Shown: positions 36,798 to 47,149 of the stretch, in pieces
How positions within the stretch are numbered: the first letter of the stretch is position 1
Layout of the letters: every line of letters begins with the position of its first letter
Assembly: GCA_001179505.1 (NCBI GenBank)
Contig: CDMY01000366.1
Location: 372,001 to 436,000, forward strand
Source of the DNA: Vitrella brassicaformis CCMP3155
Lineage: Eukaryota; Protista; Chromerida
Direction: 5' to 3'
Length of the DNA stretch: 64,000 nt
Program-made: the position numbers and the translations under genes
The notes under the pieces: generated by a model
What the model saw: only the letters and a program-made list of their open reading frames with translations
Told to the model about the DNA's origin: nothing
Database searches by the model: none

Positions 36798-38125
36798 ATG
36801 GGTATCCTTTCGCCTCTCCGCGTGTCTGGCGGTCTTCCCGGCCTGAAGGGTGACCATGATCATCCCCTGGCTGACGATGCGAGTGAGATCAGCATGGACG
36901 ACTACTACTCCGCCGTCAGCCAGATCTCCCCGCAGGACAGCGACTCTTCTGATGGCGAGCGAAGCACTGAGGGGACAGGTACACACAGACAAGGATGCCG
37001 CACCCTTGTCTGTGTGTACCTGTCTTTCTTTGCTGTAACATGCCACACAGATGGGCGAGTGCCTTCGTCGGCGGTCACGACCGCGTCGTCCGCTACCTCG
37101 CCGGGGCCGTCACCCCGGGCACAGCAGTTCCGAAAGCTGGTGGGTCACAAATCAGATGGATGCACCAACCAAGGCTCGCTGCACGCAACGAACGGGTATG
37201 TACGTGCGCATGGGTCCGTGCCTGTCTTCCAGGCGTTTGCCAAGCGCGAGAAGCTGCTGGAGTTTGCTTTCGGCGAGGAGGGATGGAAAGACTGCGGCAA
37301 GCTAGAGGGCGTCCAGGTAAACAGAGAAGCACGGCGGGCAGAGGACGGCTCATTGACCGTCCCTCCTGTGGCTTGTGTGTTGATTGGTACGTCAGCTCGG
37401 TCGCAAGGACTTTCCCTCGGGCCCCTCGGCAGTGCGCGGCCGCCTCAACTTCGGCAAGGCGTACACAGCCAACCAGGTGGCCGACTACGTGAGCATGCTG
37501 GACACGAAGCACGAATGGGACAGCATGTTCGACAAGGGTGAGCAGGCAAAACAAAAAAGAGTAGCAGGAAATAGGCGGATGTTGCTGACTGATGGTCTTG
37601 TCCTGTGCCTGCTGCTTCATTCAGGTAGCGTGCTGCACTCGTTCGGCGAGGGGCTGTCGGTGGTGCACCAGGTGTACAAGCCCCAGATGGGCACCGCTGG
37701 CCGCGACTTCGTGGCGCTGGAGCATCGTTATGAGGACCCCACCACCGGCAGAGTGACCATCACCAACGCCTCCATCGACTGGAGTAAACCTGCTGTCCCT
37801 GGCCTCGTCCGAGGTGATATCCTTGTAAGCAGCACCACGGGAGTAGGCCATCCCATTGATGCTCTGAGGTTCGTGTGTGTGTGTGTGTGTGTGTGTGTGT
37901 CTGACGCAGGTTGCTGGGCTGGTGCTGCAGCCGCTGGCTGACGGCACTCTGGAGGCGACGTACATCAACCGCGTGGATGTCAAGGGCAACGTGCCACACT
38001 TTGTGGTGCGGATGGTGCAGACCAAACAGCCCACGACTCTCAAACAAGCCAAGAACATCCTCGACAAGCGCGGCCTCCCACACAGCGTCTCGGCACCGGC
38101 TTCCCACAGGTTGCGTGTTGCTTGA
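36798..38125 (+). CDS. START lipid-transfer domain protein with acidic Ser-rich N-terminus; about 6 exons
   Basis: KHEWDSMFDK, RDFVALEHRY, TITNASIDWSKPAVPGLVRGDIL, ATYINRVDVKGNVPHFVV: the usual START order of motifs. Confidence 0.9.
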
Positions 38126-39044
38126 GAGGGAGGGGAGAGGCTCAGTGTATGCCTTCTTTGTCAAAGTGGCTCAGTGCGGAGCCGCCGCATTATTTGAGTC
38201 AATCGCTGTCTAGTCGGTGCTCGGCTCGGCCCTTCGGGCCTCACTTTCGCAGATGAGCTGTGTGGCTGTGAAGCCCAGGTTGCGTTGCATTCGTGACCTA
38301 GTTGGTGCGATTGTTTGTGACAGATGTATGCGGTCTGTGTGCGTGTTGCGTGGTGTCTTTCGTGACAACATGTGAGTGCGCCATTCGCCCCCCTGCTTTT
38401 TTTGCTGTCTGGCATTTATCCCCCCATTCATAGTGTAGTGAGTGAGGCTCTTTGCGATGCAGTAAGTGGCCTGCCTGCATGGTCTTCGATCGGTCGGTCG
38501 ATCAGCGTCGGCGGGCATCTGTCTACACAGTGCCCTCACGCCTGGCTGGCCGCTGGTTGATCGGGCCTCCTTCTCTCGGCTGATTTGTTCTTTCTGATCG
38601 CCTTTTGCTGTGCTTGCGGTGCATCATGCCTGCTGCGTTTCTGTGTGCGTGTGTTCATCAACCTGGTCTGTGGATTTTGCTTGACCACGTGCCTGCTATT
38701 GCCTGAATCAGTTGTGCTGACCGCGTAGACGCTTTCTTCTGACAACCTGAGCATGCTGGCGTAGACACGACATGAGGCAGGCAGGCTGGACGCATCCGTA
38801 GGTTGTCCTCTATGTGTGAGTGGACCCTTCAGTGAATCAATGCAAGTGATGTACGTATCTACATTGCTCTGCGTGCGACGAAGAGCACGCATCCAGCTGT
38901 GTGTGTTTGTCATCTTTTCAGATTGCTGCCTGCGCCGTCGACCAAACATACATGAAAAAGTCGTTCAATCGTCAAATCAGGCGCACGCGCGCAATCAGGC
39001 GCACGACGCGTAAAGAGAACCCATCAGCGCGCCCGTCCTCATCC

Positions 39045-40039
39045 TCATGACGCTCCAACGCCACCCCCACCCCCACCATGCTCATGCCCATCCTCATCCT
39101 CATCCTCATCCGTATGATGCTGCACCTCCGTCGCTGCCATCTCTAAGGACCGATGCTGAGGTGAGGAGGAATCTCCTGAACCCGAGCGCGAACAGCACCT
39201 GCTCCAGCAGTCTCTCGTGAAGAAGGCATGGAGGGCCTGCCAGTACCACCATTGGAAGAAGAAGGCCCCCCAGACGGCTCCAAAAACGGTTGCGAGGGGC
39301 CATTGGTCTCCGAAGGGCCACGCCGAGAGGAGGGGTGTGCCTGATGCCCACTCGACGAAGAGCGTCGCCGCGATCCCCACAAAGGACAATCCGACCACCA
39401 CCGCGACACCTTCGCCGACAGCTTCACGACAAGCCCTCTGCAGCACATCATAAGCAACACATGTGGTGTCTGTGCTGAGGTAGTGTAGTCACAGCCCACC
39501 TCAGTACTTGTGTGGATATCATTTCGTCCTTCTCCACGGCGATGCCCCAATCCGTCACGAGTTGTTGACGCAGTCTGTCGAGGTTGACTTCGTCCGGGAT
39601 CCGTAGAGGGAAGCCGCCTTTGTAGAATCCCCGCACGTGCTCACAATCCTCCTCGCGCCCAATGATGATGAGAGTCTGATTCTCAGCCGTTGCCTTGTCC
39701 CATGTGCAACCTTCACACACAAAGACAGCACGTCATACACATGCTGCATAAGGCAGGCAGGCAGGCAGGCGCTAGGCAGGCGTGTGTGTCTCTGTGTGCG
39801 CACCGACCTGCATCATCCTTGTCACCACAGTTGACTATGCGATACAGACGGCTTCCCTTCCACATCTCTTCGTTCCTCTTCCCTGTGGCGTTGTTCGGCC
39901 ACTCTCGGTTGGCGTCCAAGAGGCGGCGCGGAAGGCCATGCGATGCCTCCTCAGTAGGGCGGAGCTCGACGATCACAAGCTCTCCCTGCGCAGGCAAGTG
40001 CGGGGGGGGAGACGTGGCGGACGCGCTTTCTCCCACCAT
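39045..40039 (-). CDS. Unknown membrane protein with two C-terminal TM helices; 3 exons
   Basis: ATG at 40039. In-frame splices DDAG|CTWDK and ISTQ|RACRE. TM-like GVAVVVGLSFVGIAATLFV and LATVFGAVWGAFFFQWWYW; acidic/Gly tail. Confidence 0.65.
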
Positions 40040-40072
40040 CTGGAGCTCAGCTCCGCGCTGTAGGCATGTAGG

Positions 40073-40151
40073 AGGGTTTCATATACCCTGCAACCCTATG
40101 AACACTATGAAACCCGTCCAAGATCCGGAGGGTTTGCAACCCTACAAACCC
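40073..40151. promoter_or_regulatory. Cluster of AGGGTTT/AACCCTA/AAACCC motifs in the bidirectional promoter
   Basis: AGGGTTT at 40073 and 40129, AACCCTA at 40092 and 40138, AAACCC at 40110 and 40146, all within the 223-bp gap between divergent ATGs. Confidence 0.55.
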
Positions 40152-40262
40152 AAGTGGTTGGCCAGGATTTGCGAGCCTGAAGGTGACTTTTTTCATGAAA
40201 CCTGCAGCTGCGCATATACACATCGACGCGGATTGGCTTGAACTATTGCTGTTTCCTGAAGA

Positions 40263-41423
40263 ATGAAGCTTATTGTCCTACTGGTCATCCTTCCCTCGGC
40301 GTTGGTCGACGGCATCTCGCTGAACCGAGGCACACGAGGGCGCGGACGGACCGACGGCAACTACACGCCCTCGCCACTCTCATCTCCACTCTGTGCCCGT
40401 GATGACCAAGCCATCCATCGCACTCCCACGTGCAAGGCGGCCCTGCCTAGCGGATTCGAGCAGCTCAAGAGGAGTGTGCTCAGCCAGGCGTCATCTCTCT
40501 GCCAGTCGGGTGACGCTTCGTCCTGCAGCGATGAGGAGTGCAAGCTGACGCCCGGCATCATCGACTATCATCATCAGGGGGAGGATTGGTCGTGCGGACA
40601 GTGTGGCTGCCGAAATCGGCAGTCGCCCATCGACCTGCCCGTCACTGCTCCCGTGTCGGCAACCACCTTCAAGTACGGCTTCCTTCCCGCCGGGAGCATG
40701 TGCATGGCCAACACGGGCTTCACCATCGAGCTGCGGCGCCAAACCATCACCAGCGACGCCATCCCCAACTCCTTCGAGGGCGCGTGTCCAAGCGCGGCGC
40801 CGTCAGTGAGCGACACCGACCAGGCGGACATTGAGTATGATGGCGGAAGCTATGTCCTGGACAACATCCACTTTCATGCCCCAGCAGAACACACCTTCCA
40901 GGGCCAGCGGCACTCCCTCGAGATGCACGTCGTCACGAAATTCATCCCGGCGACAGAGGCGGATGCAAACAAGACGCACTTTCTGGTGTTGGGCTTTACC
41001 TTTGTGGAGGGGCAGTCGAGTGCATTCCTGGAAGAGATCCTGTCGCGTGGGGTGCCCGCCGTGTCCAACCGGGTGACCCTCATCCCTTCACAGCCGCGCT
41101 TTGACGTCAACGAGCTCATCCGTGAGGCTGCCGAGTTCATCTACTATCCGGGCAGCCTCACCGTCCCGCCGTGCTCCGAGAACGTCGAGTGGTTTGTGAA
41201 TCGCCGGCCGCTGGAGGCGTCCCCCGCCCAGCTGGCGGTGTTTCTGGCCGAGTTCACCAGCAACGAGTGCTGCGAGAACTCCAAGGGCAACTACCGTGTG
41301 ACGCAGAACCACAAGAACCAGCAGCTGCACCACATGGCCATCGTCAAGGGCGTCCCACTGGCCAAGAAGCGGCCCTTCAGCCTGGGCAAGAAGAAGAGCA
41401 GCATGCGGGCCGCGGTGGCGTAA
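40263..41423 (+). CDS. Secretory-pathway alpha-carbonic anhydrase; intronless
   Basis: Signal peptide MKLIVLLVILPSALVDG; RQSPIDL; Zn ligands NIHFH and LEMHVV; EHT; YPGSLTVPPCSENVEWFV. Confidence 0.95.
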   Translation: MKLIVLLVILPSALVDGISLNRGTRGRGRTDGNYTPSPLSSPLCARDDQAIHRTPTCKAALPSGFEQLKRSVLSQASSLCQSGDASSCSDEECKLTPGIIDYHHQGEDWSCGQCGCRNRQSPIDLPVTAPVSATTFKYGFLPAGSMCMANTGFTIELRRQTITSDAIPNSFEGACPSAAPSVSDTDQADIEYDGGSYVLDNIHFHAPAEHTFQGQRHSLEMHVVTKFIPATEADANKTHFLVLGFTFVEGQSSAFLEEILSRGVPAVSNRVTLIPSQPRFDVNELIREAAEFIYYPGSLTVPPCSENVEWFVNRRPLEASPAQLAVFLAEFTSNECCENSKGNYRVTQNHKNQQLHHMAIVKGVPLAKKRPFSLGKKKSSMRAAVA

Positions 41424-41912
41424 GTAGATACGAGCGGCCGGGGGTGACCTGACATGTCGATACGGTAGATGAGGTAGATGAGATGGAGGAACATTGCATC
41501 ATCCGATGGTGCAGTTTCTTCGGTCGGTAGATAGCTGGTTTGCTGGCTGCTGTTAGGATGGTTTTTCTCGTCTGTTTGTCATCCAGTAGGGATGTCAATT
41601 CACTGAGTGGTCGCTGTGCAGATGCCTACTTGAATGCGTGTACGCGTTTGGCTGTGCCTGCCTGCCTGCCTGCCTGTGTGTGTGTGTGTGTATGATTGGC
41701 TGGCTGCGTCACGATAGCTGCTGCTGCATATTTGTACAGACCGTCTGTGTTTGTCGTCCGTGGCCGTCACGCGACCATTTCGAGGACACGAACGTTCAAT
41801 GGTCCACGACCATCCATGAGCCAAATACACGCTGCATCATTATCTTATGCACCAAGACACACGCACACTGCTCATCTCATACGCACCCACCCACGCACAA
41901 CCGGTACACACG

Positions 41913-44900
41913 TCAGTAGTGTTTGGTGAGCAGGTTCTTCCTGAGCTCCCCCATCTTAGATCTCAGCTTGTGTCTCTTCTCCCGATCCTCCCTCTTGCTG
42001 GGCTGCCGCTTCCGCTTCTGCTCCAGCCGCTTCTTCAGCGCATCTGCACGAGCCTTGTGGAAACCCAATGGCCTTCAACCAACACACCACAGCACAGTAA
42101 CCACAGCAGACGGTGAATGCATGTCGTGTGCTCGCTTCGAGGGTGGATTGTGTTGTGTTCGCTCACTTTGGTGGTGTGTATCCGCTCCGCCTGGCGCGGT
42201 CGACGAGTTTCTTGGGGCGTGAGAGGTCCCTCTCGGCCTTGCGGATGCCAAAGCCGCCTGATGTGTACAATGACGGATGAGAGAGAAACAAGGGCGGCGT
42301 CTCCTTTGTGTCACCCACTGACTGACCAGCTTGGCTGAGTTGTTCGAGCCTCCCCCCCTTCTCGTAGTCCTTCCTAGAGGATGACAGGTCGGACAAGGGC
42401 CGCCCCAGACGGATCGCCCTGCACACAGCCAACGAACAAACGACACGAACCGCACACAATCGGTCCACGCCTTCACTTGCGGCACATACGGATGGGCGTA
42501 CCTCTGCACACCCGTGGCGAGCACTCGGTCTCGCCTCTGCAGCAGGCAGAGGACCGAGCCCTTGCTGCCAGCGCGGCCTGTGCGACCGGCCCGATGAATG
42601 AAGTCGATGGGGTTGAGTGGGAAGTCAAACATGACCACCTGGTCCACCTGCGCGATGTCCAGACCCCTACACACACACAACACCACAATGCGAGACGAGA
42701 CGGGACGGCACATCGCAAGCAAAGCACACGTGTGTGTTCCGTCTGCTCACTCACCTGGCGGCAAGGTCGGTGCACACGAGGTAGGGCACCTGGCCGTGTC
42801 GGAAGGCCTCGAGGTTGGCCTTTCGCTGCTCCTGCGGCACCTCACCGTGATATGCCTGGATGGATGGATGGATGGAACACACACACACACACACACATAT
42901 GGCCTCCCTGCTCTGCTGATGCGGTGCCTCCATTGTCTTTGTGTTCGCACCAGTGAGGTGAATCCCGCCTCCTGAATGGCATGCTGGCATGCCCTGCAGC
43001 TGTTGACGGTGTTGCAGAACACCAGCGTGCTCTTACGGTACACCTCACCAGCCCCTCTCTGACCATCACCTCCCTCTGCAGGCCGCTGCGGCCCCCTCAC
43101 CTTCAGCAGCTCTCGCAAGGCGTCAAGCTTGTCCTCTCCCTGTATCCACAACAGCCATACAGAGATTGGGATGGCATCATGGATGGTCTCTCAATGAGTG
43201 TGTCTTTTCCTCACCTTAGTGTCGATCATTTCGTATCGCACATTTGGGAGCGACTTGTGCAGCCCCGGCGCCTCGACGTAGCGCACGGCCGGGAGATCCT
43301 CTTGGTCCAGCAGCCGCCTGACGGCCTTGGTCAGGGTGGCAGTGGCAAACACCAGCTGGGGCTGCTCGGTGTCGGGTCTGGTGATGAGCGGCTGTAGGAG
43401 TTTGTTGATGTCGGGGCCGAAGCCCTGCATGAGCATCGTGTCGACCTCATCTATCACCACGTAAGACACCTGCAGACACAGATATGGAACTACGATCATG
43501 TGACGGTTCGTTCGAGGTCCCTGGTACCTCGCTGAGCGCTAGGTTGCTCTTGTCCCAGTGGAACAGGACGCGCCCGGGTGTGCCGACGACCACATCGAGG
43601 ATCTTGGACAGGTCGCGCTTCTGCTTAGCGAAACTATCGCCACCGATGACCGAACACGACGACAACTGGCACCCACAGCGCACACACATGGAGTGAAAAG
43701 AAAGGTGCCTTGTTGCGTTGTCACCTTGGCCAGCTGGCTGCTGCCTCTCAGGACCTCCAGTACTTGTTGGCTCAGCTCGCGTGTGGGGGAGAGAATCAGA
43801 GCACGGGGCCGCTTCGGCCGCCGCAATGACCGGCCGTCCAGCTCCTGAGCGAACACGCAAGTGACCCACCAATCGTCCTCATGTGCTAATTGTCTCCATC
43901 TCTCCCTGCGTACCTCTGATTTCAGGTGTTGCATCATGGGCAGCAGGTACGCGAGCGTTTTGCCGGATCCCGTCTCGGCCGCGAACACGATGTTGCCGCC
44001 CGACAGCACCTGTGGGATGGCCAGCCGCTGGATGGCCGTGGGCTCCACATCGCCCAGCATGCTAGCCGTGCCACGAGCTATCGACTCCTCCAGACCCAGC
44101 CGGCGCCACTTGAGCATGTGCTCACCCTCGACCTGGACCTGATGTGCGCTTGTTGGCTTGACAGCTGTGACGACGGGCTTGGTCTGCGGTGTGTCGGGCG
44201 GGTTGTCTTTCGGTGTGGGCTCGGACTCGTCTGGTTTCCCTTCCGACGTCCACTGTTCCCATTGGCCGTCAGAGCCGCTGGACGTCCACTGCTCAGCCTC
44301 TTCGTGCTGTTCTGCGGCTTCCTTCTCTCCTTTGATGTCTTCTTCCTCCTCGTCCATGAAGCCCTCCTCTAGGACCGTCATGAGCATGGTGCCCAGGTCG
44401 ACTGACGGCAGCTGAGAGAGCCGCAGCCTCATCCCATCGGCATCACCGCCCGTCTCGGATATGAGCTGCTGCAGCTCCGGTATGCCGAAATCATCAAGTT
44501 CACCATAACCATCCTCCTTAGCACCGGTCGATTCGAGGATGAGTTCGATGGCCTCTGATCTCGTCACGCCCATGCCGCTGAGGACCGAGTCATCATCGGC
44601 AGCTTTCTCATCCGCCGACGGTTCGCCAGACAGGCCTGTTTGCTGGTCATCCAGCCGGATGCCGACCTCAGGCACCTTCTGTGCGTCGTCTGGTGCATGC
44701 ACAGCGATGGGCGCGTCACTCGTAAGGCTGTGAGGGAGAGCAACAACGTCACTACCGGAAGGCTCGTCGTCCGAGTTGGTCGCCAGGGACGCCGCCGCCT
44801 CTTGCTCCTTGGTTTCATCTTCGGTTTGCGCGAAAAGCTGAGTGAATGTCGTCGTGACTTGCTCGTCCGTCATCTGTGGTAGGTCGGCCGCCAGCTGGTC

Positions 44901-46931
44901 CAGTGCTGCCGTGTCCCCGCCACGCTCTTCCTCTGACACCCGCGCCGCCTGCATGATTGCCTTCTCCATCTCACCCCGAGACACGTTGACCACACTCGCC
45001 CCTCCCGTCCAGCCGAAAGCAGCCAGCGAAGCGTCCGCAATCCGTCGCAGCGCAGTGACGTCGAGACTCCGCCACTCCTCCTCGGTCTGCGGGGCGTCAG
45101 TCGGCAGCATGTCGTTGTCCTTCAAGTCCCCCATGAGCTCAAGGAGGTCGTGACGAGACATCCCCGCCAGCACTTGAGGTGCAGCACGCTCCACCTCGAC
45201 AGTGTCTGACACCTCCAGCAGCGGCTCAAGGGGGCCACCGGCCTCGGCAATAGCGGCCGACCTCTCAGCTCGCTCCTGCGAGGCGCGATACATGTTGCCC
45301 CAGAGCGCCCGCACCTCCTCGTCAGTCATGAGGGGCACGTCGTCTCGTGTGACGCCTTCTTGCGTGAGGAGGAGGTCGGCGTTGCCTTCGTCCAGGACGA
45401 TGCTCTCCAGCACGTTGCGGTCAAGTCGTGAGGCCCTGGCGGGGTCAGCCGCATCCTCCAGCCGACACAGGGCCTTCGCGCAAAGCAACCTGCACACACA
45501 CAGCCACAGTTGTGTCCTTCCTGTTGCGTATAGTTGATCACCGACCTGATGCGCTCTGTTGAGATGGTGTCGTAGTGTTCCATCCCAGCCGCTTGCTCGG
45601 GCAGCGCCGCCGCCACGATGGGCAGAATGTCCAGCAGATCATCGCGGGACATGGCCTCAAGGTCGCTGAACTTTTCTCTCACCCCCTCACTCGCCTCCTC
45701 CTCCAACTCCGCCCTGAGAGCCGCCTCCCGCTCTGCACGCCGCCACTCTTTGGCGACGCGCCGCCTCTCCTTATCTTCCTCCTGCAGGCGGCGCTCCTCG
45801 GCAGCAAACTCTGAAAGGTCCCACCCGGTCGACCCCACGGTCGCCGCGAAGATGCGGAGCAGCTCCACGTCGGATGCCGCCGTGAGGTACTTCCGTGTCC
45901 TCCGCTTGGGCGGGGCGAACATCTTGTTCTTGCGGATGAGGTCAACCATCTCGTCGCGAGTCAGGCCGAGAGCAACGGTTGCTGAGCCGCCTCTGTCGGC
46001 TGGTGGTGTGTGGTCAGCCGTCGGCTGAGTATCAGGTAGATCGTTGACCACAGGAACTGTGCTGTCTGGGGTCGTTGAGGGCGACAGCTCGTGAAGAGTG
46101 TCTCTGAGACCTCGTTGCAGCCTCGGATCTGGGAACAAGGGGACCAGGCATCAAGATGCGTCGAGGCTTCCTGTCTGTGTCGGTCTCCCCACCTGGTAGC
46201 ACAGCGATCATTGCCGTGAACAGATCCACAGCATCGACGTGCTCGCGCCACTGCTCACTCCTCCTTGCATCCCCGAAGAGCCCCAGCACCTTCGACAGGT
46301 ACTCCCTGCTGCCCATCCGGCCGTCACGCCAGTCCACCGACAGCGACTTGAAGTCGCCAAACGCCACATCGCCCACATAGGCCTTGAGGCGCTTGGCAAA
46401 CACCCTGTTTTGGGTCACACGCTGATCTGCGTTAAAGGTGCGAGTCGCCTTGAGCACACCATCAATCTGCACACAACGAAGGCCGGCAAAGACAACCACA
46501 GTGGGAGCAGCAACACGTGTCAGTGAGCCAGCATGTGCGTGGCTGACCTCTGCCTGTGCACCCCTCAGCAGTTGCAGCTCCTCGATGTCCCACAGGTGCT
46601 GATCGGCAGGAGGTGACAAATCCGTCTCAGCAGCAGGTGGTGATTCCAGTGATGGCTCCATGATGTTTGGCGCTGCCGAAGCAGGCTGCAGCACCAAACC
46701 TGCCACGGTGCACACACATCAGCAGCACATTGGAGGAGTCAAATGAGCTGCCTGTGCAAGAAAGCATCCATCTGTGATTCGTTCACCTGACGAGCGGCGT
46801 GGGAGTCGCTGTCTGCGGGGAGGTATGTGTGGCACCACTGCATTCGGCAGATGGATGAAGCCAGCACCACACACCGCTGATGGGATGCCGGACGCCGCCG
46901 CACCACCGACCAAAGCGTTGATCAACTTCAT
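41913..46931 (-). CDS. DEAD-box RNA helicase (DEVD variant), plant RH39/RH50-like, with bipartite plastid-type leader and about 850-aa N-terminal extension
   Basis: Q motif [63 protein letters not shown]. Exon 1 (46931-46787, [28 protein letters not shown]...[10 protein letters not shown]) splices in frame to the downstream exons. Stop at 41915-41913. Confidence 0.9.
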
Positions 46932-47149
46932 CTTCTATTGAGTAGCTGGCTGGCCACATGTCCACTGATCCGCGAGAATGGCTTCATTCAGCAAGGTCTG
47001 TTTCTCAATTGGGAAGCTCGCCTTGCAGCTGCGAGCTCGCGTCTTGTGAGCTGGAACGCAAAGAGTGGGAAGGCTCCCTTGACCTGCATCTGACCTCTGC
47101 ATGCCGAGATCTTCGGAGTTTCTCCAACAGTTGCCGGCGCGATGAATGA

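Noticed and set aside
36798-36815. N-myristoylation of the START protein (MG start)
   Set aside because: Position 5 after Met removal is Pro, not Ser/Thr.
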